A stretch of 64,000 nucleotides of DNA, from NCBI GenBank assembly GCA_963809895.1, contig CAWELD010000010.1, forward strand, positions 1,152,001-1,216,000. Reading direction: 5' to 3'. How positions within the stretch are numbered: the stretch's first letter is position 1; every line of letters starts with the position of its first letter. Positions 21,566 to 30,708 of the stretch are shown here, piece by piece. Source of the stretch: an uncultured Gemmatimonadales bacterium. GTDB lineage: Bacteria > Gemmatimonadota > Gemmatimonadetes > Longimicrobiales > Gaopeijiaceae. Position numbers and translations under genes: made by a program. The notes beneath the pieces are model-generated. The model did no database searches. It saw only the letters and a program-made list of their open reading frames with translations, and was not told the origin of the DNA.

Positions 21566-22764
21566 GGGGCTCGCGGATCCTGGCCGGGGTCGTGGCGCTG
21601 GCCGTGACGGCGTGGGCGGCCTGGCGCCTGGCGCGGCCCGCACCCGAATCCCCCGAACCCGGCGTGCGGCTGTCGCTGCTGGAGACGCTCGCCGGCACCG
21701 ACACGGCGGGATTCCGTCGGGCGCTGGAGCCCCGTCCGTTCCGGTTTCCCCAGGACCACGGACCCCATCCGGACTTCCGCAACGAGTGGTGGTACTTCAC
21801 GGGGAACCTGGACGGACCCGGGGGACGACGCTTCGGCTTTCAACTCACGGTCTTTCGCAGCGCTCTGGCGCCGTCGCCGCCGGACCTCCCGTCCTCCTGG
21901 GCCACCAATCAGGTGTTCATGGGACACCTGGCGGTCACCGACGCGGCGGCCGGGACCTTCCGGGCCTTCGAGCGATTCGGACGCGGGGCAGTGGGGATCG
22001 CCGGCGCCGAGGCTCAGCCGTTCCGGGTCTGGGTCGACGACTGGAGCGTCCGCGGCCCGGGCGGTGGCGAGGACACGGGCGTGTGGCCCATGACGCTGGA
22101 GGCCGCAGACGGAGGGACCGGCATCCGCCTGATCGCGCGCCCCTCGGGCCCTCCGGTGGCCCAGGGAGAGCGTGGGTTGAGCAGGAAGGGGCCGCAGCCG
22201 GGCAACGCCTCGTACTACTACTCGTTCCCGCGGCTCGCGCTGGAGGGGATCGTTCGTGTCGGTGGCCGCGAGGTTCCGGTGACCGGCGAGGGATGGCTGG
22301 ACCGGGAGTGGAGCACCAGCGCGCTGTCGGCGGGGCAGGTGGGGTGGGACTGGTTCGCGCTGCAACTCTCCGACGGGCGCGAGCTCATGGTGTACCGACT
22401 GCGGAGGTCCGACAGAGCCACGGACCCGTTCAGTGCGGGCATGCTGGTGGACGGGGAGGGGGATGGCACGCGCCTGGCCGCCGACGCGTTCGACGTCACC
22501 GCGACCGGAAGCTGGACGAGCCCCGTGGACGGCGCCACCTATCCTTCGGGCTGGCGGGTGGAGGTGCCCGGGCTGGGACTGGCCCTGAACGTGCAGCCCG
22601 TGCTGCGAGACCAGGAGTTGACGTTGAGCTTTCGATACTGGGAGGGCGCGGTGGACGTCACAGGAACGTCTCGAGGCTCGCCGGTGCGGGGGCGTGGGTA
22701 CGTGGAGCTCACGGGCTACGCGGGAGCCGAGGCGCCGGGCATGGGCTCGGAGGGAAGCCGGTGA
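21562..22764 (+). CDS. AttH/CrtC-like lipocalin-domain protein
   Basis: FPQDHGPHPDFRNEWWYFTGNL, SYYYS, WLDREWS, GWDWF, YWEGAV, GYVELTGY. Confidence 0.9.
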   Translation: MRGSRILAGVVALAVTAWAAWRLARPAPESPEPGVRLSLLETLAGTDTAGFRRALEPRPFRFPQDHGPHPDFRNEWWYFTGNLDGPGGRRFGFQLTVFRSALAPSPPDLPSSWATNQVFMGHLAVTDAAAGTFRAFERFGRGAVGIAGAEAQPFRVWVDDWSVRGPGGGEDTGVWPMTLEAADGGTGIRLIARPSGPPVAQGERGLSRKGPQPGNASYYYSFPRLALEGIVRVGGREVPVTGEGWLDREWSTSALSAGQVGWDWFALQLSDGRELMVYRLRRSDRATDPFSAGMLVDGEGDGTRLAADAFDVTATGSWTSPVDGATYPSGWRVEVPGLGLALNVQPVLRDQELTLSFRYWEGAVDVTGTSRGSPVRGRGYVELTGYAGAEAPGMGSEGSR

Positions 22765-23666
22765 TGGCGGAGCGAACCGTCGTGATCCTGAATCCCGAGG
22801 CGGGAGGCGGCGCGCAGGCCGACGAGCTCGTCGACCACGCGCGGGCCACGGAGGACTGGGCGCTGCAGCGCACCCGCGGGCCCGGCGACGCCACCGGACT
22901 CGCCCGCCAGGCGGCCCAAGACGGCGCTCGACTCGTGGTGGCGGCGGGCGGTGACGGCACCATCCACGAGGTGGTGGCGGGCCTGGCCGAGGTGAACGAC
23001 CCACCCCCGCTGGCCATCGTCCCCCTGGGCACCGGCAACGACCTGGCCCGTTCCCTGGGGATCCCCCTCCAGCCCGGGCCGGCCATGGAGGTGATCCGAC
23101 GGGGTAAGCGGCGCGTCCTGGACCTGGTGCGGGTGGAGCTGGACGGGCAGCCCCAGCTGTGTGTCAACGCCGTCACCGGAGGGTTCGGGGGCGCCGTCGG
23201 TGACGCGCTGGATGCCGACGCCAAGGGCCGGTGGGGGCCCCTGTCCTATCTGCGGTCGGCGGTGGAGCACAGCGGCGGGCTCGAGCCGTACGACGTGCGG
23301 GTCACGGTCGACGGTCGGCAGCACCGGCTGCGGGCGCTGAACGTGGTCGTGGCCAACGGCCGCTTCGCCGGACACGGGATCCCCATCGCTCCGCAAGCGG
23401 ACCCCTTCGACGGGTGGATCGACGTGGCCGTGGTGCGGGACGCGCCGGTGCTGAAGCTATCTCGCCTGCTGCCCGCCCTTCTGCGAGGCGAGGCGCCGGA
23501 CGACGAGCTCTTCTTCGTGGAGCGTGGCCGCGAGGTGACGGTGGAGTCGGAGGCGCCGGTGCCCTACAGCGTGGACGGCGAGCACGCCGAAGCGCGCCGC
23601 GCCACCTTCCGGGTTCAGCCGGCGGCGCTTCAGGTGCTCGTGCCTCCGGCCGGCGAAGGCGGCTGA
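22764..23666 (+). CDS. Diacylglycerol/lipid kinase family (YegS/DgkB-like)
   Basis: ILNPEAG, AGGDGTIHEV, PLGTGNDLAR, VDGE. Confidence 0.92.
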   Translation: MAERTVVILNPEAGGGAQADELVDHARATEDWALQRTRGPGDATGLARQAAQDGARLVVAAGGDGTIHEVVAGLAEVNDPPPLAIVPLGTGNDLARSLGIPLQPGPAMEVIRRGKRRVLDLVRVELDGQPQLCVNAVTGGFGGAVGDALDADAKGRWGPLSYLRSAVEHSGGLEPYDVRVTVDGRQHRLRALNVVVANGRFAGHGIPIAPQADPFDGWIDVAVVRDAPVLKLSRLLPALLRGEAPDDELFFVERGREVTVESEAPVPYSVDGEHAEARRATFRVQPAALQVLVPPAGEGG

Positions 23667-24325
23667 GCGAGGCCCAGGTCGCCCAGCCAGCGCGAGAGAT
23701 CGGCCATCTCCTCGGCGGCGATGCCGTGGCCTGCCGCGTAGTCCCCCACGGTGAGGGCCACGCCCACCGCACGCAGGCGCTCCCGGCCTCGCTCGCCGAG
23801 CGCGTGGGGGATGGCCGGGTCCATGCGTCCGTGCCCCCAGAAGACCGGGACGCCGCCCAGGGCATCGGCGGTGACGGGCACCAGCTCCGGGGCGTGGACC
23901 AGAAAGCCCGACAGGACCACGAGGGCGTCGGCGCGCCCGGGCCGCGTGAGGCCGTAGGCCAGCGCAGTGGTGCCGCCCTGGCTGAATCCCCCCAGGACCA
24001 GCGCGCCCGGCTGGATCGGTAGCACTGCCGGCAGCGCGTCCAGAAAGGCGTCCAGGCGAGCCAGGCTGTCCATGAGCGTGTCGCCGACGACGCGATCCTC
24101 CGCGACGTAGCGGTACCACGCCCAACCGGGCCCGTAGCCCCAGGGCTGGCCCGGATGCGGGGCCTCGGGCGTCACCAGCACGGTGCCGGGTGGCAGATGT
24201 GGCGCCAATCCGACGAGGTCGTGGCGGTCCGCGCCGCGCCCGTGCAGGAGAACGGCCACGGTGGCTCCGTCCCGGGCCCCGTCGGGCACGTGCATCTCGA
24301 ACGCCAGGCCCTGACGGGGGCTCAT
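23630..24325 (-). CDS. Phospholipase/carboxylesterase alpha/beta hydrolase (MhqD-like)
   Basis: LLHGRG, GFSQG nucleophile, HGRMD, GH; start overlaps the stop of the upstream dioxygenase. Confidence 0.88.
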   Translation of the reverse strand: MSPRQGLAFEMHVPDGARDGATVAVLLHGRGADRHDLVGLAPHLPPGTVLVTPEAPHPGQPWGYGPGWAWYRYVAEDRVVGDTLMDSLARLDAFLDALPAVLPIQPGALVLGGFSQGGTTALAYGLTRPGRADALVVLSGFLVHAPELVPVTADALGGVPVFWGHGRMDPAIPHALGERGRERLRAVGVALTVGDYAAGHGIAAEEMADLSRWLGDLGLAQPPSPAGGTST

Positions 24326-25422
24326 CCGACCTCCGTGGCGGAGGCGCCGGCCGGCAGCGGCTCCAGCGCCTCTTCGATGGCGGGGCGCCGGGCCTCGAGC
24401 CAGGCCGGGAGCTTGAGGCTCGTGCCCAGCAGGTCCTCTTCTTCGTCGATGGCGAAGCCCGGCCCGTCGGTGGCGATCTCCAGGAGCATGCCGTCGGGGG
24501 CCCGGAAGTAGATGCTCCGGAAATAGGAGCGGTCCAGGACCGGGGTCACCTCCACGTCCAGGGCCAGGAGGTGGTCCCGCCAGGCGAGCTGCGTCTCCTC
24601 GTCGGGGGCGCGGAACGCCACGTGGTGGGTCTGGCCCGCGCCGGGGCGCGCCGGATAGTTCGAGTCGGGCCACCCGAACAGCGTCCACGACGACCCGGGG
24701 GCCACGCGTCGGCCGTCGTAGTGAGCCCAGAACCAGTGCTGGGTGCGGCCGTCGTCCTGATTCAGCGTGCGCTTCACCAGCGAGAGCCCCAGCGCCTCGG
24801 AGTAGAAGTGGTGCGCTCGCTCCAGATCGTCGGTGATGGCGGAGATGTGATGGATCCCGAACAGCGCCATGTCGGGCGTCACCGCCGGCACCGGCTCCGG
24901 GTGCGTGCGGTCGCGGATGGCTACCTCGTCCCGACCCCCGGGCAGGCGCTCGGCCGGAGGCGTCACCAACCTCTTTCCCAGGGCGTCGGCGGGTTCGTCG
25001 ATGGCGTAACCCGGTCCACGGGTGGCGATCTCCAGGATCTGCCCGTCCGGGTCCTCGAAGTACAGGGACCTGAAGTATCCCCGGTCCAGCGGGCCCGACA
25101 CCGCGACGCCGGCGTCCACGAGCCGGCGCTTCCACTTGAGCTGCGCCTCGGGGGTCTCCACGCCCAGAGCCAGGTGATGCACGCCTCCGACGCCCCAGCG
25201 CCCTCGGCGGCTCCCGGGCCACTCGAAGAAGGTGAGGAGCGTGCCCGGGGTGCCGGGGGTGCGCCCGAAGTACAGGTGATAGGCACCCGGGTCGTCGAAG
25301 TTGACGGTCTGCTTGACCAGGTCCATCCCCAACAGGTCGCGATAGAACGTCAGGGTGCGGACCGCGTCGGTGGAGACCATGGTGATGTGATGAAAGCCCA
25401 GCGTGCTCGGCGTGGTACCCAT
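24322..25422 (-). CDS. Two-domain VOC/glyoxalase ring-cleaving dioxygenase (MhqO-like)
   Basis: GFHHIT, KQTVNFDDP..YHLYF, HHVAF, DRSYFRSIYF..PDG..EIATDGPGF. Confidence 0.9.
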   Translation of the reverse strand: MGTTPSTLGFHHITMVSTDAVRTLTFYRDLLGMDLVKQTVNFDDPGAYHLYFGRTPGTPGTLLTFFEWPGSRRGRWGVGGVHHLALGVETPEAQLKWKRRLVDAGVAVSGPLDRGYFRSLYFEDPDGQILEIATRGPGYAIDEPADALGKRLVTPPAERLPGGRDEVAIRDRTHPEPVPAVTPDMALFGIHHISAITDDLERAHHFYSEALGLSLVKRTLNQDDGRTQHWFWAHYDGRRVAPGSSWTLFGWPDSNYPARPGAGQTHHVAFRAPDEETQLAWRDHLLALDVEVTPVLDRSYFRSIYFRAPDGMLLEIATDGPGFAIDEEEDLLGTSLKLPAWLEARRPAIEEALEPLPAGASATEVG

Positions 25423-25449
25423 GATGGTTCTCCGGATTGTAGACGGGAA

Positions 25450-25470
25450 ATAATTTCAACCTTGAACTAT
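25450..25470. promoter_or_regulatory. AT-rich inverted repeat, candidate repressor (MarR-type) operator
   Basis: ATAATTTCAA-CC-TTGAACTAT, with a perfect TTCAA/TTGAA core, about 30 bp upstream of the dioxygenase. Confidence 0.45.
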
Positions 25471-25576
25471 CAATCGTCAAGGGGGGGATGGGATGGCGGG
25501 GAAGGCGTTCGCTTGCCTGCTGCCCGGCCCCCGCCGCATGTTGCTCGCCGCCGGGAATCCCTCTCGCCCCCGATCC

Positions 25577-26137
25577 ATGAGCCGACCCTTCCTTCCAGCA
25601 CCCGTCGTCTTCTCGTTGCTGCTCTCCGCCGCGGGCTGCGCCGGCGGGTCGGGATCTGCTCCCCGGGAACCCGCGTCGGCGCCGTCGCCGGCGGCGGAGT
25701 CGGGCGGAGGAGACGGTGGGACCGCCGACTCCGTCCTCGACGGCGTGTTCACCGACGCGCAGGCCCAGAGGGGTCGCCAGGTCTTCCGCAGCGTGTGCTC
25801 GGAGTGCCACAGCACGCTGGACTTCCGGGGCGAGACGTTCTTCCTCTCCTGGGAAGGCACGTCGGTGGGACGCTTCGTGGACCGGATCGTCTCCAGCATG
25901 CCCGAAAGCGACCCCGGCTCGCTTCCCATCCAGCAGTACCTCGACGTCGTGGCGTACGTGCTGCAGCTCAACGACTTCCCGACCGGATCGTCGGAGCTGG
26001 AGGACGCCCCGGCCGCCCTGGAGCGCATCCGCATCGAGCGGCCCGGGGCCCGGCCATCGCGGCCACCGTCGTGGCCGCTCCCGGCGTCGTCTTCGCGCGG
26101 CCTGGCTCCCGCTGCCCACGTCCCCCGAGTCCCCTGA
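25577..26137 (+). CDS. Monoheme cytochrome c (probable lipoprotein)
   Basis: Lipobox-like AAGC; DGVFTDAQAQRG, CSECH, distal Met in SMP..PGSL. Confidence 0.8.
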   Translation: MSRPFLPAPVVFSLLLSAAGCAGGSGSAPREPASAPSPAAESGGGDGGTADSVLDGVFTDAQAQRGRQVFRSVCSECHSTLDFRGETFFLSWEGTSVGRFVDRIVSSMPESDPGSLPIQQYLDVVAYVLQLNDFPTGSSELEDAPAALERIRIERPGARPSRPPSWPLPASSSRGLAPAAHVPRVP

Positions 26138-26276
26138 GGAGGCCCTCCATGACCGCATCACCGTCTCTCGCCGATCGTAAACGCGACGCCTGTCTGGCCT
26201 CCGTGGCCGAGCCCGCGAGGCCGGGACGATGAGCAGCCGTGATGCGGAAGGGAAGAAGGGTGGGAGTGACAAGGCC

Positions 26277-27587
26277 ATGGACCGGCGGCGTTTCCTGGAG
26301 CTGACGGGCGCCGGGACCGGGGCGCTGCTGGCGGGAGCCGGCACGCTGGGCGCGGCCAGGGCGGACGCGGCCACGCCCGCCGCCGCGCGCAAGCCCATCG
26401 GGGCACCGCACATCGCCCGCCCGGCACCCGACGTGGTCATCGTCGGCGCCGGCGCGTTCGGTGGGTGGACCGCGCTCAACCTCCGACGCCTGGGGGCCAC
26501 GGTGACGGTGGTGGACCTCTACGGATTCGGGAACTCGCGCGCCACGTCCGGTGGCGAGACCCGGGGCGTGCGCACGAGCTACGGCGACCGGCCGCACGGA
26601 CTGCTGTGGGGGCGCTGGGCCAACGAGGCCATCCGGCGCTGGAAGCAGTGGAACGAGGAGCACAACCACGAGGTGCAGCCGTTCTTCTACAACACGCACG
26701 ACGTGATCATGCGCGACGAGTGGACTCCCTTCCTGGAGAACACCGCGAAGAACTGGGACACCCTGGGTATCGAGTACGAGCGCATCGATGCCGACGAGGT
26801 GCGGCGGCGCTGGCCCGTGATCTGGTGCGAGGACATGACGGTGGCCCTGGTGGAGCCCCAGGCCGGCGTCGTGCGGGCGCGGCGGGCCATGGAGTCGGTG
26901 GGACGCGTCTACGAGCGGGAGGGCGGCGAGCTCGTCATCGGTCGAGCGGCGCCGGGTCAGGTGTCGGGAGGCCGGCTGCTGGACATCACGGTCACGCCCG
27001 GCGACCGCATCGCGGGCGGCACCTTCGTGTGGGCCTTGGGTCCGTGGTTCCCGAAGGTCCTGCCCGACGTGATGACCAACAAGCTGCGCATCCCCATGGG
27101 GCACGTCTTCTACTTCGGCACGCCGCCCGGCGACAACCGCTTCACCTTTCCCAACCTGCCCAGCTACAACACGCCCGGCGTCACGGGTTGGCCGGCGCTA
27201 CCCGGCGACAATCGTGGCTTCCGGGTGCGCACGGGCGGACACAGCGCCGACGACCCCGACACGTCCGCTCGGGCCGAGATCCCCGAGGAGGGCATGAAGC
27301 GGGGCCGGGACTACGTGGTGGAGCGCTTCCCCGATCTGGCGGAGGCCCCCCTCCTGGAGACCCGGGCCTGCCACTACGAGCTCAGCGTCACCCGGAACTT
27401 CATCGTCGACCACCACCCCGAATGGACCAACACCTGGCTCGCCGGCGGCGGCTGCGCCGAGGGCTTCAAGTCCGGCCCCGTCATCGGCGAGTACGTGGCG
27501 CACCGGGTCCTCGACGACGACATCGAGCCCGATCTGGCCGAGGGGTTCAAGCTCAGCGACGAGACGTTCGAGGTGGATCCGGGGTGA
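26277..27587 (+). CDS. Tat-exported FAD-dependent oxidoreductase, sarcosine oxidase (MSOX/SolA)-like
   Basis: DRRRFL Tat motif, VGAGAFG Rossmann, TSGGETR, CHYE, GFK.GP. Alternative start at 26229. Confidence 0.85.
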   Translation: MDRRRFLELTGAGTGALLAGAGTLGAARADAATPAAARKPIGAPHIARPAPDVVIVGAGAFGGWTALNLRRLGATVTVVDLYGFGNSRATSGGETRGVRTSYGDRPHGLLWGRWANEAIRRWKQWNEEHNHEVQPFFYNTHDVIMRDEWTPFLENTAKNWDTLGIEYERIDADEVRRRWPVIWCEDMTVALVEPQAGVVRARRAMESVGRVYEREGGELVIGRAAPGQVSGGRLLDITVTPGDRIAGGTFVWALGPWFPKVLPDVMTNKLRIPMGHVFYFGTPPGDNRFTFPNLPSYNTPGVTGWPALPGDNRGFRVRTGGHSADDPDTSARAEIPEEGMKRGRDYVVERFPDLAEAPLLETRACHYELSVTRNFIVDHHPEWTNTWLAGGGCAEGFKSGPVIGEYVAHRVLDDDIEPDLAEGFKLSDETFEVDPG

Positions 27588-27653
27588 GGCGGGGGGACCG
27601 AATGCGACCGACTACCTGTCTGAGCGTCCTCCTCCCGTCCAAAGGAGTCCTCA

Positions 27654-28442
27654 GTGACGTTCGTCGCAGCGGGAGTTGAGCCGTCCTGGGTTGGCCAGGT
27701 CCCGGTACACCCATTGACCCGACATGCCACCCTGGAGTTTATCGAACGGACGGCGTCGTCGGTTGAGTCCCGTGCGGTAATTCACTACGCGAACGCGCAC
27801 GCCGTGGTTCTGGCGGACCGACATGAGGCGTTCCGTATGGCTCTCAAGGAGGCCTCTCTCGTATTCTGTGACGGCAAGTCTCTCCAGTGGGCATCGCGTC
27901 TTCTCGGGAATCCGCTGCCTGAACGCTTTACTCCACCGGATTGGATCGACGAACTCGCGGAAATATGCTGTCGTCGCACCTATCGGCTCTTCTTTCTCGG
28001 TGGTCAGGCCGGTGTCGCGGAGGCCGCGGCAGATACCCTGCGGAAGCGCCACCCGGGGCTGGAGATGTACACTCGGGACGGCTATTTCGACCGTACCGAG
28101 CCTTCCACGGACCTGGTCATCGCGGAGGTGAATGAGTGCCGCCCCCACATCGTTCTCGTTGGCCTTGGTATGCCGGAGCAAGAACTCTGGACTCATGAAC
28201 ACGCTGCTAGGCTCTCTGCCTCCGTCATCATGACGGTGGGTGGAATGTTCGACTTCGTCTCTGGCCACAAGTGGCGGGCACCCCGGTGGATCACGTCCTT
28301 GGGCTTGGAATGGCTAACACGCTTGATCAGCGAACCCCGACGACTGGCCTCCCGCTATTTGTTGGGTAATCCGAGATTCGTGTGGATCGTGCTGAGACAG
28401 TGGATGGGGGTCGGGGCTCGACCGCATCTCCCGCCTTCTTGA
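27654..28442 (+). CDS. WecB/TagA/CpsF family glycosyltransferase
   Basis: ANAH, FCDGK, FFLGG, VGLGMPEQELW, GLEWLTRL..EPRRLA.RYL.GNP.F. Confidence 0.92.
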   Translation: MTFVAAGVEPSWVGQVPVHPLTRHATLEFIERTASSVESRAVIHYANAHAVVLADRHEAFRMALKEASLVFCDGKSLQWASRLLGNPLPERFTPPDWIDELAEICCRRTYRLFFLGGQAGVAEAAADTLRKRHPGLEMYTRDGYFDRTEPSTDLVIAEVNECRPHIVLVGLGMPEQELWTHEHAARLSASVIMTVGGMFDFVSGHKWRAPRWITSLGLEWLTRLISEPRRLASRYLLGNPRFVWIVLRQWMGVGARPHLPPS

Positions 28443-28443
28443 C

Positions 28444-29247
28444 GTGGATGATATGCGACGTGTGAGCGAAATCAGAAAGGTGCAGAGGCGGAAGGGCAGC
28501 CTGTACGACCGGGTCTTCACCCGGCGCGTATCAGCCTACGTTACCGCTCTCTTGATCCGATTGGGGGTGGTCAGTCCGAATGCGATCACCGCCTTCAACA
28601 CTCTCATGGGTCTCCTCGCCTGGGCCATGATCGGGGCAGAGTGGCACCTATATGTCGGGGTAGGGTTGATCCATGTCTACGCTATCCTGGATTCTGTGGA
28701 TGGAGAGGTCGCTCGGGCGACTGGGAGGACGTCCCTTGCGGGCATGTACTTGGAAGATCACAGCGCCTACCTCATGATCCACGGATACTGGCTGGCGATG
28801 GGTGCATACCTCGCGAACACCGTCGGGTCGTCCTGGCCCTGGTTGATGGCCGTGTTGTACGTGGCGTTTGGAAGAAGTGCCATGCCTGCGGCGAGGCGAG
28901 CCCTTCTCAAGGCAATCGAGGGCGAGCGACGTCTCCCCGAGGATCTCCCCGAGCCGTACTCGCATGACTCGCGGGCGCTGACCGGCGTTGTTGGTCTCGT
29001 GTTCGTTGACTTCCTCCATCCCTCCACGGTCTGGGCGGTCTCCACGACCGTGCTCGTCGTCGAGCGGCTGTTACTTGGCGGGGGGCGAGCATTGCTGGTG
29101 GTTGTGGCGATGTATCTTGCTCTGAGCGCGCTGCGCGAGGTCGGCACGGTCTTGCGTCTCGCGCGGCGCCCGACTCTCGAGGCTCACCTTGTCGGTGTGG
29201 TGGTGAATGCTTCCGAGATGATGAGCCTGCCGCCCCGATCCGGATGA
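28444..29247 (+). CDS. CDP-alcohol phosphatidyltransferase family protein (divergent motif)
   Basis: SPNAIT; DSVDGEVAR..TS..G. Confidence 0.75.
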   Translation: MDDMRRVSEIRKVQRRKGSLYDRVFTRRVSAYVTALLIRLGVVSPNAITAFNTLMGLLAWAMIGAEWHLYVGVGLIHVYAILDSVDGEVARATGRTSLAGMYLEDHSAYLMIHGYWLAMGAYLANTVGSSWPWLMAVLYVAFGRSAMPAARRALLKAIEGERRLPEDLPEPYSHDSRALTGVVGLVFVDFLHPSTVWAVSTTVLVVERLLLGGGRALLVVVAMYLALSALREVGTVLRLARRPTLEAHLVGVVVNASEMMSLPPRSG

Positions 29248-30668
29248 CCATCGCGGGTGGTGTTATCAGGCCGTTCTTGGCGAGTTCGGTCGCGCGCGGA
29301 TTGCGGGCTGCAGTCCGCATTGGCCTCTTGTTGATCGCCGCGCGGGCGTATTCCCTTGCTGAGGTAGGGCAGTTCGCCTTCGTGATGGGAACCGGCACCC
29401 TGATCATCGGCCTCCTGGATCTCGGTGTGACCAGCCTGTTGCAGAGAGAGGTGGCTGCCCGGGGGTTCGATGCTGGCGTCTTGGAGCGGCGCGCCTTCTT
29501 GGTCCGAATCCTCACGCTGCCCCTGGGGATCGCCCTGTCATGGGGAATGGTCATCGGCATTACCGGCGATTTCTCCAGTTCGGCCCTGGGAACCCTCCTG
29601 TTCGTGGCAGGACTTGCCACCGCAGAGTTTCTTGCGGGGTTGCGGCGGGCTCGCGGAGAGTTCGACCTCGAGCCACTCGAGGTTGCCCCAGCCACCCTGG
29701 CTGGGATCGTCGCCGGGCTGGTCGTTGCCGTAGCCCACGGATCCGTAGGCCTGTTTCAATCGGTAGTAGGGATCGCCACTGCCCTTGCCGTGCTGCCGAG
29801 GGCAGCATTGGTCCGACGCAGACTATGGTCGGAACCCGCTCCGCCTGGCCCAGCACTTTTCGACCTCCTGTGGCAAGCAAGATGGTTCTGGCTTATCACC
29901 GCCGGCGCTCTGGTGCTTTTCGAAGCTCCAGCGATCTTGTTGCGGAGGCTGGCGAGTGAAGAGGCGGTTGCGCTTTATGCCACGGCGATGCGGGCAGTGG
30001 GCTTGGCTTCACAGCCGTTCGCCGTCTTGACAGCTGTGTTCGTCCCATCTCTCGCGTTCGAATCCAACGCCCACCGGGACGGATACCTCGAGTCCGTTCG
30101 CGGCATGAACAGATTGTTCCTTGTGGGTACGCCCGTGGCGATTGCGCTGGCCCTCGGTGGGGGTGTCCTGTTTCTTCGAGGAGCGGGGCCCGAATACACC
30201 GGTGCCCTGACGACGCTTTGGGTACTGGTGGTGGGAACCCTGGTTTACCTCGGAGCGCCGAGCGCCGGGCCGCTCTTGGTCGAGGGACTCGAGCGAGCGC
30301 TGGCCGTTGCAGTTCTTCTCGCCTCAATCGTTACGATCGGGCTCTGCACCATCCTCGCGCCCACCATGGGCGCCGCGGGCGCCGCGTTGGCTGCAGCGGG
30401 GGGCTTCACATTTGGAAAGATCGCACATGCGTTCCTTTATCAACATCGGCGCCTTCCGGCCCTCGGAGCCAGAGGCGTCGTAATTGCCTGTGCGACTGTA
30501 GTGTGGATTAGTGTCTCCTATCTGTTGCAAGGTCCCTGGAACGTGATGCTCCTCACAGTGGGTGCGATCGGCAGCGGGATCATGACGCTCCGGACTGTCA
30601 TGTACCTCCGGTTGTTCCAGCGGACGAAGCGCTTGATGAGCCATTCATCGTTCAAAGGTCGAGACTAA
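29244..30668 (+). CDS. Wzx-type polysaccharide flippase
   Basis: Many TM segments; LLDLGV; VALYATAMR; GAAGAALA. Confidence 0.8.
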   Translation: MTIAGGVIRPFLASSVARGLRAAVRIGLLLIAARAYSLAEVGQFAFVMGTGTLIIGLLDLGVTSLLQREVAARGFDAGVLERRAFLVRILTLPLGIALSWGMVIGITGDFSSSALGTLLFVAGLATAEFLAGLRRARGEFDLEPLEVAPATLAGIVAGLVVAVAHGSVGLFQSVVGIATALAVLPRAALVRRRLWSEPAPPGPALFDLLWQARWFWLITAGALVLFEAPAILLRRLASEEAVALYATAMRAVGLASQPFAVLTAVFVPSLAFESNAHRDGYLESVRGMNRLFLVGTPVAIALALGGGVLFLRGAGPEYTGALTTLWVLVVGTLVYLGAPSAGPLLVEGLERALAVAVLLASIVTIGLCTILAPTMGAAGAALAAAGGFTFGKIAHAFLYQHRRLPALGARGVVIACATVVWISVSYLLQGPWNVMLLTVGAIGSGIMTLRTVMYLRLFQRTKRLMSHSSFKGRD

Positions 30669-30708
30669 TGTTCCTACGCAACGTTCCAGGCCGGAACGGC
30701 ATTGGGAG

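Noticed and set aside
18964..22764. 1266-aa fusion ORF
   Set aside because: Only the part from 21562 is protein-like; the upstream part is an off-frame overlap of the permease.
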